NCBI GenBank assembly: GCA_026392215.1
Contig: JAPLCN010000124.1
Span: 1 to 62,651 of the forward strand
Reading direction: 5' to 3'
DNA length: 62,651 bases
From: Actinomycetota bacterium
Lineage (GTDB): Bacteria > Actinomycetota > Humimicrobiia > Humimicrobiales > Humimicrobiaceae
Under the pieces are notes generated by a model. That model was given only the letters and a program-made list of their open reading frames with translations, was not told where the DNA came from and searched no databases. The translations under genes were made by a program, and so were the position numbers. Position 1 is the stretch's first letter. The number at the start of each line of letters is the position of its first letter. Positions 47,215-55,698 of the stretch are shown piece by piece.

Positions 47215-48285
47215 ATTATTGCCGGATCTAAAAGATTTTCCAGCATATTAATCTTTAAGGATGAGGATATATTTTATCTCACAGGGTTTTACGGTAAAAA
47301 TTCAAACAGTGCTTTTTTAATTACAGAAAATAAAAATTATCTTTTTGTAAATTTCATATACCTTGAGGAAGCAAATAATTCTGCAGGTTCCGATAACGTG
47401 GAAATAATTCTTTATGCAGGCGATAAAAATAAATGTATAGCAGATGTTTTAAAGGATAGCAATATTAAAGATGTACTGATGCAGTCTGATTTTATATCCT
47501 ATAATGAATATACCATACTTGAAAAAGAATTAAATAAAATAAATATTAAGGCTAAAAACATTGAAAACCCTGTCGGAAAATTAAGATTAATTAAAGATGA
47601 GTCTGAGCAGGAATTATTAAGAAATGCCTGCAGAATAACAGACCTTTCATTTGGTTTCATTTGCAATTTAAAATACATAGAATTAGTTAGCTATATGGAA
47701 TCAACTCTTGCAATTGAAACGGAGAAATTTTTAATGAGTTCCGGTGGAAGCGGAAGATCTTTTGATTTTGTTGTTGCAAATAATGCAGACTCGTCAAAAC
47801 CTCATTATATGTCAGGAAGTAAAAAAATAATTGATGGACTTCTTTTGATGGATTATGGAGTTTTATATAATCATTACTGCTCTGATATTACAAGAACAAT
47901 ATTTATTGGAAGCAAAATAAATAAAAAACTAAAGGAAATATACAAAATAGTTAAAGATGCTCAATTAATGGCTGTAGATTTCTGCAGGGAAGGAATAAAA
48001 GCCTGCGAACTTGATAATATTGCCAGAAGCTTTATTACAGATAAAGGATATGGAGAAAATTTTGGGCATTCTCTAGGACATGGGGTAGGGCTTGAGATTC
48101 ATGAACCGCCATGGGTTAACTCAAAAAATGAAGAAGTTTTAAAAGAAGGAATGATTGTAACAATTGAACCAGGGATATATGTTGAAAGCCTTGGTGGTGT
48201 AAGAATTGAAGATATGGTAATTGTAAGAAAAAATGGTTGCGAAAATTTATATAAATCGCCAAAAGAACTTGTTCAGATCTATTAA
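47215..48285 (+). CDS. pepP: M24B Xaa-Pro aminopeptidase (YqhT/PepP-like); 5' end unresolved (first canonical start is GTG 47398)
   Basis: The catalytic domain carries metal ligands (DYGVLYNHYCSDITRT, GHSLGHGVGLEIHE, EPGIY, GGVRIED). The frame is open from 47212 and encodes the conserved N-domain motif DIFYLTGF upstream of 47398. No ATG/GTG/TTG lies in that stretch, so the listed start is an ATT codon chosen only as a placeholder. Confidence 0.7.
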   Translation: MIAGSKRFSSILIFKDEDIFYLTGFYGKNSNSAFLITENKNYLFVNFIYLEEANNSAGSDNVEIILYAGDKNKCIADVLKDSNIKDVLMQSDFISYNEYTILEKELNKINIKAKNIENPVGKLRLIKDESEQELLRNACRITDLSFGFICNLKYIELVSYMESTLAIETEKFLMSSGGSGRSFDFVVANNADSSKPHYMSGSKKIIDGLLLMDYGVLYNHYCSDITRTIFIGSKINKKLKEIYKIVKDAQLMAVDFCREGIKACELDNIARSFITDKGYGENFGHSLGHGVGLEIHEPPWVNSKNEEVLKEGMIVTIEPGIYVESLGGVRIEDMVIVRKNGCENLYKSPKELVQIY

Positions 48286-48436
48286 TAAAATCTTTTAATC
48301 TTATAAGTGCTATAATTAAAAAAATTTTTAAAAATAACTTAAAAATTTTTTATCAGCCTGTTTAAATTTAATTTATTTTTTGTTTTGGATTATTTAAAAA
48401 AATATATTTTAAACACTTTTGAAAGGATATTTATTT

Positions 48437-48991
48437 GTGATAAGCAGCAATGATTTTAAAAACGGAATGGCAATAGAATACGAGGGAGATTTGCTGGAAG
48501 TAGTTTATTTTCAACACGTTAAACCGGGCAAGGGCGGAGCATTTGTAAGAACCAAATTAAAAAATCTTATAACAGGCGCAATTTTTGAAAAAACATTCAG
48601 GGCAGGAGAAAAGCTGGAGCAGGCAATCCTTGAAACAAAGAAAATGCAGTATCTTTACAAGGACGAGCATTATATTTTTATGGATAACTCAACTTATGAA
48701 CAAGTTTCGCTGGATGAAAAGCAGATAGGCGACAAAAAATATTTTCTTATGGAAAATATGGATGCAACTTTAGTTTTTTATAAAGGAAACGCGATTTCCA
48801 TTGATCTGCCTACTTTTATTGAGGCAAAAATTGTCAACACTGAACCTGGAATAAAAGGGGATACTGTAAGCAGTTCCTTTAAACCGGCAGAAATTGAGAC
48901 AGGGGCTAAAGTTCAGGTCCCTCTTTTTATTGAAAACGGAGATATTATCAGAGTTGATACAAGAACCGGAGATTACATAACACGTGTTTGA
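48437..48991 (+). CDS. efp: Elongation factor P
   Basis: Begins (M)ISSNDFKNG at GTG 48437 (AAGGA 9 nt upstream). Conserved FQHVKPGKGGAFVRTKLKNL loop with the modifiable Lys. Confidence 0.9.
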   Translation: MISSNDFKNGMAIEYEGDLLEVVYFQHVKPGKGGAFVRTKLKNLITGAIFEKTFRAGEKLEQAILETKKMQYLYKDEHYIFMDNSTYEQVSLDEKQIGDKKYFLMENMDATLVFYKGNAISIDLPTFIEAKIVNTEPGIKGDTVSSSFKPAEIETGAKVQVPLFIENGDIIRVDTRTGDYITRV

Positions 48992-49033
48992 TTTGATTAA
49001 ATTTTAAGCTCTTTTAAAAATAAAAATTAAAAA

Positions 49034-49459
49034 ATGGTAAAAACAACAAAAAGAAGAAGATCAAGAGTTAAGGCTGTTATCCTGCTTTATCAAAGTGACC
49101 TGCTTAATAAGGAAGTAGGCAGTATTATCAGCTCTGAAATGGATTTTCAAAAGCGCATTGATGAATTCACCATAAAGCTTGTCATGGGAGTTGAAAAAAA
49201 TAAGATTGAAATAGACAACCAGATAAGGCATGTTGCTGAAAACTGGACTTTAAACAGGATATCAATTATTGACAGAAATATTTTAAGGATGGCTATTTAT
49301 GAAATGCTTTTTGAAGAAGATATTCCGCTGAAAGTCTCTGTAGATGAAGCAATTGAAATTGCAAAGATACTTGGTCAGAAAGATGAGACGCCTAAATTCG
49401 TTAACGGAATTCTGGGCAAGATCCTGACAAATCTTAATATAGATAAAAAGGAAGCTTAA
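49034..49459 (+). CDS. nusB: Transcription antitermination factor NusB
   Basis: 141 aa with RRRSRVKAVILLYQ, DRNILRMAIYE and FVNGILG motifs. Confidence 0.88.
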   Translation: MVKTTKRRRSRVKAVILLYQSDLLNKEVGSIISSEMDFQKRIDEFTIKLVMGVEKNKIEIDNQIRHVAENWTLNRISIIDRNILRMAIYEMLFEEDIPLKVSVDEAIEIAKILGQKDETPKFVNGILGKILTNLNIDKKEA

Positions 49460-49559
49460 AAAAAATAATTTATATTACAGAAATTTTTAAAAATAAAATT
49501 AAGCGAATATAAAATATAATATTAATTTAAGAATTTTTAGTCAGCAAAAGAGATTAATC

Positions 49560-50846
49560 ATGAACACAAGAGAGAAATTTATTGAGTTTACAAATTTCAA
49601 TAAAAAAGTCCCTGCAGTAAAATGGGAATTCGGCTATTGGGGCAGCGCTGTTAAAAGATGGTATAAAGAAGGCCTTCCGCTTAAAAAATATCCGACTGTT
49701 CCGATGAATGTGGTTAATACAACTGCTTCCTTATACACTACTGTCTGGAAACATTTCCTCATGAGCGATAAAAGCCTTTTTGAAAAAGTCTACAATGAAC
49801 CTGAAAATAAATTGATTCTTCCTGACGGTATTGCTGTCTTAGGCGGCGGCATATATTTTCCTTCACAGGGATTTGCACTTGATTATGATGTGAGGGATTA
49901 TTTTAAAATGGACAAGCAGCAAAATGTTGTATGTGCGGAACAGCTGTCTTACCCGCAATTTAAACCTGAAATTATTTATGAAGATGAAAGATATATAGAT
50001 TATATTGATCTGGATGGGTGCACAAGGAGATTTTCAAAGCAGCAGCAGGTAATACCATCAGGGCTTGACTGGCCGATTAAAGATTGGGACAGCTGGAATA
50101 AAATAAAAAATGAAAGAATGAGACTTGATAATATTAAAGACAGGCTTCCTGCAAACTGGCTTGAACTTGCCAAAGAATATAAGAACAGGGATTATCCACT
50201 GGCATTCGGGGGGTACCCTCTTGGAATTTTTGGTACATTAACCCACCTGATTGGATATGAAAACCTGTTCATGTTTTATTATGACAAACCTGATTTAATT
50301 AAAGATATTTTAGACAGGCTGACAGATATATGGATTGCACTTTGGGAAGAAGTACTTTTATATACAGATGTTGATTTGTGCAATCTTTGGGAAGATATAT
50401 CTTCAGGTAAAGGCTCCATGATTTCTCCGGCAATTATAAAAGAATTCGTTCTTCCGTATTATAAGAAAATCTCAGCCTTCTTAAAAAGCAAAAAAATTAA
50501 AACTTTTCTAGTTGATACAGATGGAGATTGTAATGAGCTGGTACCATTATTTATTGAAGCCGGTGTTACTGGAATGTACCCAATGGAAGTAAGCGCAGGA
50601 ATGGACGTAGTCTCTTTAAGAAAAAAATATCCCAATTTATTGCTGATGGGAGGAATACCCAAGTTAGACATAAAATTCGGAAAGAAAAGAATTGATGAAT
50701 TTTTGGAACCTGTTCAGTGGCTTTTAAAGCAGGGTGGATATATTCCTTTTGGTGATCATCTGATCCCGCCGGAGGTTCCGTGGCAGGATTTCAAGTATTA
50801 CAGGGAAAAATTAAATTACCTGATAGACAGTAGTGTTTCAAAGTAA
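49560..50846 (+). CDS. Uroporphyrinogen decarboxylase (URO-D)-like family protein, function unknown
   Basis: 428 aa. The C-terminal half resembles URO-D/MtaA-type TIM-barrel proteins (LWEDISSGKGSMISP, DTDGDCNELVPLFIEAGVTGMYPMEV, IPFGDHLIPPEV). Confidence 0.45.
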   Translation: MNTREKFIEFTNFNKKVPAVKWEFGYWGSAVKRWYKEGLPLKKYPTVPMNVVNTTASLYTTVWKHFLMSDKSLFEKVYNEPENKLILPDGIAVLGGGIYFPSQGFALDYDVRDYFKMDKQQNVVCAEQLSYPQFKPEIIYEDERYIDYIDLDGCTRRFSKQQQVIPSGLDWPIKDWDSWNKIKNERMRLDNIKDRLPANWLELAKEYKNRDYPLAFGGYPLGIFGTLTHLIGYENLFMFYYDKPDLIKDILDRLTDIWIALWEEVLLYTDVDLCNLWEDISSGKGSMISPAIIKEFVLPYYKKISAFLKSKKIKTFLVDTDGDCNELVPLFIEAGVTGMYPMEVSAGMDVVSLRKKYPNLLLMGGIPKLDIKFGKKRIDEFLEPVQWLLKQGGYIPFGDHLIPPEVPWQDFKYYREKLNYLIDSSVSK

Positions 50847-50974
50847 TTTTGTTTATTTAGATATTTGATGTTATTAATGGCTTTTAAAATTATGCTGTAG
50901 ATTTTAAAAAGTTAAGCTTTAATATTTAAAAATTTCCATAAATATTATGATTATATTTAGTTATTTACCAGGAG

Positions 50975-52465
50975 CTAATTAATATTTAGAACTCTCCATC
51001 CAAAAGTATCATTTGATAAATATCTTGATTCAGTTTCAATACCACTCAATATATTTTTTGGATTTTCCAAAAGAATAAGAGGAATATTTATAATTAAAGA
51101 GTCTCCCTCATAGTTAAATCTAACTTCACTCATATTAATTTTCCGATTTTTATCGAAAACTTTTATTCCCGCTGCACTAATCATTAAATGAATTTTAGGC
51201 ATTTTACCAAATTCAGTTTTATCACTATAACCCAATAGATAAATTGATATAACAAAATCCTTATCTATCTTTTGTTTAGGTGTTATTTTAATTAATAAAC
51301 TCCTATTATTTAATGCATAGGATAAGTCATTAGTACTGGCAATCTGCCAAATAATTTGATTTTGACTATTATTTTCCAAATTTATTTCATGGAAATTTGC
51401 AAATAGTTCATTTTTTCTAACAAAGGATACTAAATATGGCGGACCAAACTTCAGCTGGCTTTTATAGCATATTATACTTTCATATTTCTTTTTAATTTCA
51501 TCACTATTCAAATTTAAACTTGTCATTGTAACCTCATTGGTTGAAGATTGCTTTGGAGGTGTTAATAATTTTTCAGGGTAATAACCTTGCGGATCTGGCC
51601 AATTACTGCTATGAACAAGATAGATAAAAACTTCAGGGTCTTTAATTTTTCCTTCAAGGTCCCATAATGCTACCATGAGAAAAAGATAAAGTGCTCTATG
51701 GTCCCTATTTAAATCAATTGGGCTTGATACAAAAATTTTAGTTGGCTGGAATTCTTTTATAATGTCGGTTAAATCATTCAGAATATTTTCCCCTCTATAT
51801 TCTGAACCCGGTGAATAACACTCGGGATAAGGAACTTTTAAAGTTTGTGTTAGTAGACTCATATATGGCGCTATATTCCCCCAGTGCCATAAAAAAATAT
51901 TAAGTGTTCCAAAATCAGGATAACCTAAAAATATCAAATTATTCTCTTTTAAGCCCAGCTTGTCCATAGCCACGATAGATTCTTTTCTTCTAGTTTCACC
52001 TAAAAGTAAAAACTGGCTTGGAATAATGGGAAATTTTTTTTTAAAATCAAGAATTGAAGATTGATCAAAATCACCGTTAGTCAAGCATACCATATTAACT
52101 TGAGCACCCACTTTTAATGCTTCTTGGATGACTCCTGCTGCTCCTATTGCTTCATCATCGGGGTGGGGGGCTAATATTAAAATTCTATCGCTATGCGTAA
52201 AATTTTCAATTTGAGGAATAATATCACCTTTATGGCCGGTTAATGCTTGAAGTTCTTGTTGCGCAGTTGGAACTCCCTTTTCAGGAATAGCTCCCTGGCT
52301 CGTTTGAGTTTGTATCTTTTGAGTTTTTTTTTCCAAAACCCCGGCTCCAACTTTTTGACAATAAACAAACGTGGTTGAAAAAGTAATAACTATTATTAAA
52401 GTGGAAATAGTCTTTATAACTTTTATTAACTTTTCTTTATTTTTTATTCTGATTTCTTTTTCCAT
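50975..52465 (-). CDS. Membrane-anchored or secreted PIG-L/LmbE family deacetylase with an extra C-terminal domain
   Basis: N-terminal TM helix. LILAPHPDDEAIGAAG zinc motif and later the DHRAL motif. An uncharacterised C-terminal region of about 130 aa. Confidence 0.7.
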   Translation of the reverse strand: MEKEIRIKNKEKLIKVIKTISTLIIVITFSTTFVYCQKVGAGVLEKKTQKIQTQTSQGAIPEKGVPTAQQELQALTGHKGDIIPQIENFTHSDRILILAPHPDDEAIGAAGVIQEALKVGAQVNMVCLTNGDFDQSSILDFKKKFPIIPSQFLLLGETRRKESIVAMDKLGLKENNLIFLGYPDFGTLNIFLWHWGNIAPYMSLLTQTLKVPYPECYSPGSEYRGENILNDLTDIIKEFQPTKIFVSSPIDLNRDHRALYLFLMVALWDLEGKIKDPEVFIYLVHSSNWPDPQGYYPEKLLTPPKQSSTNEVTMTSLNLNSDEIKKKYESIICYKSQLKFGPPYLVSFVRKNELFANFHEINLENNSQNQIIWQIASTNDLSYALNNRSLLIKITPKQKIDKDFVISIYLLGYSDKTEFGKMPKIHLMISAAGIKVFDKNRKINMSEVRFNYEGDSLIINIPLILLENPKNILSGIETESRYLSNDTFGWRVLNIN

Positions 52466-52680
52466 ATTTAAAGTTAAGTGTTGACTTTATTATATTATTA
52501 TACCTATTTGGACTAATAATTTAAAAATACCAATAAATAATCTTAATAATTAATTACCATCAAACCACAATGCTCGAAATCAAATTCATACTTTACAACC
52601 AAAGTAGTAAGATATCTATATATGCATGTAAATCACTATTTAATATAGGAAATAATCCTATAAACATTTTAAGAAGAAAA

Positions 52681-53502
52681 ATGAAAAATAAAAAGATATA
52701 TATACTAGTTGTAACTTTAGTTGTTATTCTATTTTCAAGCATGCAGGCTCTCTGCGCAAACCCTTCTATAAACAAATCTAATCAAAAGATTAAAGTCATT
52801 AGCAGTGAAACTTCAGTCGGCAGTACAACTGCCACTGCTAGTGATAGCGCAACTATAATTGAAACTACCCAGACAACTAAAACCAGTGAAGAAGCTACTT
52901 CTGAAACAGAAGCAACAACAGCCAAAGAAACAAATGAAAGTTCTACAACTATTGCTAAATTTAATTGGGGCGATGTACTTTTATCGGCAAATGACTGGGG
53001 TGGTGTAGATATTTATTACAACACCGAAGCCTGGAATTATGTAAATGGACAAAGTGCCTATGGCCTCAAGTGGCAATGTGTTGAAATGGTTAGGAGGTTT
53101 TATTATCAATTTAATTTTGGCTTGTTACCTAGAGTAAGTAGCGCTTATCAGATGTTCAACGCAGTTCATGGTATCTCAGGTTTTGAAACTTTTGAAAATG
53201 GGAATAGTCAGGCTCCAATATGGGGTGATATCCTGGTTTTTGATGCTGGAAAAGGCAAAGGACTTGCACATGGTCATGTTGCAATAGTTACTGAAATAGA
53301 TAGAAATAATAAAAGAATATATTTTGTTCAGCAAAATGTCGGAATTAATGCAAAAGACTCTCTTCCAATGGATGATAATAACTATATATCAAATTTTCCA
53401 AGTGAAAAAAATGTAACATATCCACCAGTAAGAGGCTGGATATATAGCAATTCAAACAGTGGGATAATTCAATCCTTCACACAGCGAACACAGAAACCGT
53501 AA
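52681..53502 (+). CDS. Secreted CHAP-domain amidase/peptidase
   Basis: Signal peptide MKNKKIYILVVTLVVILFSSMQALCA from ATG 52681. A Thr/Ser/Glu-rich linker is followed by the CHAP catalytic Cys (KWQCVEMVRRFY) and His (HGHVAIV). Confidence 0.75.
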   Translation: MKNKKIYILVVTLVVILFSSMQALCANPSINKSNQKIKVISSETSVGSTTATASDSATIIETTQTTKTSEEATSETEATTAKETNESSTTIAKFNWGDVLLSANDWGGVDIYYNTEAWNYVNGQSAYGLKWQCVEMVRRFYYQFNFGLLPRVSSAYQMFNAVHGISGFETFENGNSQAPIWGDILVFDAGKGKGLAHGHVAIVTEIDRNNKRIYFVQQNVGINAKDSLPMDDNNYISNFPSEKNVTYPPVRGWIYSNSNSGIIQSFTQRTQKP

Positions 53503-54266
53503 TGCTTGCTGCCATAGTGGTGGAAAGTTTCTGAAGAATCGTCACTCAGGTATCTGGTCCATGCGCCCGAACTATTGCGCTCAGTGGCGGACCAAAAGTG
53601 AACATCTTTAGTAATATTTAAATAACCTCCATTGCTGAGACGGCAACCTGCTGGTAATGCTGTAAAACCACTTTCATTAGTGGCATCGGTATTGGGGCTG
53701 ATCCAATGTGTTGTTCCTGCTTCTTTCATTTTGCCACCTGCTACACTGCTTCCTCCAAGATATGTTTCAAGTGTTACCAGCTCAGCGTCTGTAGGTATAT
53801 GCCAGCCTGTGGGGCAAATATTACGGGTATCGTTTACAGCATACCAGTTGTATAGACGGCCATATGTGGTGACATTATTTTCATCGTTATTATAATTACA
53901 GAATGCTCCAGTTGTAATATTGCTCCATCGTGTGCCATCGGTGACATCTGGTATCGGGTCGCCATTGCGGTAATGGGTAACTTTAAGGTTTTCCACCATC
54001 CACACTTGATTACCGATTCCTACTGTATGGTAAACATTGCCATCAATGTCGGTAACAGTACCAGCTTCCTGTAGGGTTGTATTACTTATTGTAGTTGTTG
54101 AAACAGGTGGTTCTGTTTCTGTTGTAGCTACCTGGGTAGTTTGAACTGAATATGCGGTAACTGCTGCAGTTTCTGTAGCTTGGGCAACTCCTCCAGAACA
54201 GCTAATAAAAACACCAATAAAAGCAACAACCATTATAATAACTATGACTCTTATTATTTTCTTAAT
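53469..54266 (-). CDS. FISUMP (Fibrobacter succinogenes major paralogous) domain lipoprotein, compositionally atypical; probable ATT start
   Basis: YGRLYNWYAV...CPTGWHIPTDAEL...GGKMKE...NESGF.ALPAG...FWSATE...GF.VRCVKD matches the FISUMP domain. Lipobox FISC. The upstream in-frame KKIIRVIVII completes a signal peptide when translation begins at ATT 54266, which is 8 nt after AAGGAG. Confidence 0.75.
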   Translation of the reverse strand: MKKIIRVIVIIMVVAFIGVFISCSGGVAQATETAAVTAYSVQTTQVATTETEPPVSTTTISNTTLQEAGTVTDIDGNVYHTVGIGNQVWMVENLKVTHYRNGDPIPDVTDGTRWSNITTGAFCNYNNDENNVTTYGRLYNWYAVNDTRNICPTGWHIPTDAELVTLETYLGGSSVAGGKMKEAGTTHWISPNTDATNESGFTALPAGCRLSNGGYLNITKDVHFWSATERNSSGAWTRYLSDDSSETFHHYGSKHYGFCVRCVKD

Positions 54267-54312
54267 TTTATTTTCTCCTTTTTTGTTTTTTAAAAAATCT
54301 TTCTATTATAAG

Positions 54313-54326
54313 CCTAGGAGCATGTC
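54313..54326. repeat. Copy 1 of the short motif CCTAGGAG-N-ATGTC (overlaps the palindrome ATGTCCGACAT at 54322-54332)
   Basis: Read directly from the sequence and preceded by TATTATA. On the minus strand it sits about 45-60 nt upstream of the FISUMP gene start and is followed there by TATAAT. Confidence 0.4.
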
Positions 54327-54528
54327 CGACATTTCATTGTTAAAATTAACATAAAATAGTAGTTTTAGTAAATTTTTTAAAATTTTAAAATATTTTAAAC
54401 AATTATTTTAAAAATTTATACGGTAACTGTTATTTTATCATCTATGTAAACCTATATTATCCATTTTAGCTTAACGGATTCAAAAATCTCTTAAAAATAA
54501 CAATTTAAATATTTTATTATATTGGCGT

Positions 54529-54542
54529 CCTAGGAGAATGTC
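54529..54542. repeat. Copy 2 of the short motif CCTAGGAG-N-ATGTC
   Basis: CCTAGGAGAATGTC, also preceded by TATTATA. It contains the 8-nt palindrome TCCTAGGA and lies 216 nt from copy 1. Confidence 0.4.
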
Positions 54543-54599
54543 TCTATTAATATAGATAGAAGTTCCCTCCTGAAATTATTATGGAATTAAAGTCACCAT

Positions 54600-55679
54600 T
54601 CAGATATCATTATTTTTTGCAATTATATTATCATTTGAATCCCTGAAATATATTTTATCTCCACCTATACCAATAAATTTCAAATCTTTGTCTAATGGGA
54701 TTTTCTTATTGGTGTCATCTGCTAAATTTATTAAATAATTACTGTAAACAAGATAAACTCCTATCTTGTTAGCATATATTTCTTTATAAAGCGGGTCATT
54801 CAAACTTATTGTTTTTTCAATCTTTTGATTTTTTAAAACATATATTGTGCCTTTTTTGTCTAAAGATTGAACGAATACATTATCGTTTAAATCACAGCCA
54901 AGCAATCGTATTTTTTTCTTATTAAATCCTTCTATCGGCTTAGGATAGCAATAAAGATTATTATTGTAATCTTCGTAATACAAGGTAAAAGTATTGTTTA
55001 ATAAAATCATATTATTTGTTATGGTATTTATTTCCAATATAGCTAATCTTTTCATAATATTAACACGGTATATTCTGTTAACCAGGCTGCTGCCATTACC
55101 GCTTTCAGTATTAATTAGTATCAGGTTGGTTAAGCTTGAATAATCGACTTGCTTAACGGCTGTACCTTTTTGTATATTTATTGTCTTTTGTAATGTTGTT
55201 ATATTGCTTTCAATATTAAATGTTTTTACATTTAAAAATGTATCTTTTGTCGTAAAATAAATAACTATATTTTGATTATTCATAAGAATAAAATTGTTTA
55301 TATCATCACTATCTGAAATCTTATTAATTGTGGTATCCAGGGCGATATCTTTTATATAAATTGCATTATTATAAATATATGCACAATATTTTCCGTCATA
55401 AGAAAATGATATATTTATAGCATCAACAGGCACATTTGTGAGTTTACTCCCTGACATATATTTTGTATCTACAGAATTTACGCTTGATGTTGTAATATAG
55501 CTTGATTCAGCCGCACTTTTTATATTTGAAACATCGTCTGTATGAGTAACAATAGAATTATTTATTATAAAGATAACTGAAAAAGAAATAATGGCAGCAA
55601 AAATTGCATATGTCCCAGTTAATAATACTATTTTTTTAAATTGTTTTCGTGGTTTAATTATTTTTCTATCAGTCTTCAT
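54600..55679 (-). CDS. Membrane-anchored hypothetical protein (Asn/Ile-rich, probably beta-rich ectodomain)
   Basis: 359 aa with a basic N-terminus and a TM helix (IVLLTGTYAIFAAIISFSVIFII). No family recognised. Co-directional with, and 19 nt downstream of, the phosphodiester glycosidase gene. Confidence 0.5.
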   Translation of the reverse strand: MKTDRKIIKPRKQFKKIVLLTGTYAIFAAIISFSVIFIINNSIVTHTDDVSNIKSAAESSYITTSSVNSVDTKYMSGSKLTNVPVDAINISFSYDGKYCAYIYNNAIYIKDIALDTTINKISDSDDINNFILMNNQNIVIYFTTKDTFLNVKTFNIESNITTLQKTINIQKGTAVKQVDYSSLTNLILINTESGNGSSLVNRIYRVNIMKRLAILEINTITNNMILLNNTFTLYYEDYNNNLYCYPKPIEGFNKKKIRLLGCDLNDNVFVQSLDKKGTIYVLKNQKIEKTISLNDPLYKEIYANKIGVYLVYSNYLINLADDTNKKIPLDKDLKFIGIGGDKIYFRDSNDNIIAKNNDI

Positions 55680-55698
55680 ATATTTATGCCATATTGTT

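Noticed and set aside
54316-54352. Tiny ORFs directly after the CCTAGGAG motifs (MSDISLLKLT at 54322, MSLLI at 54538).
   Set aside because: The AGGAG-to-ATG spacing is only 1 nt, and the peptides are 10 and 5 aa and unrelated. The motif is more plausibly a DNA or RNA signal than an SD.
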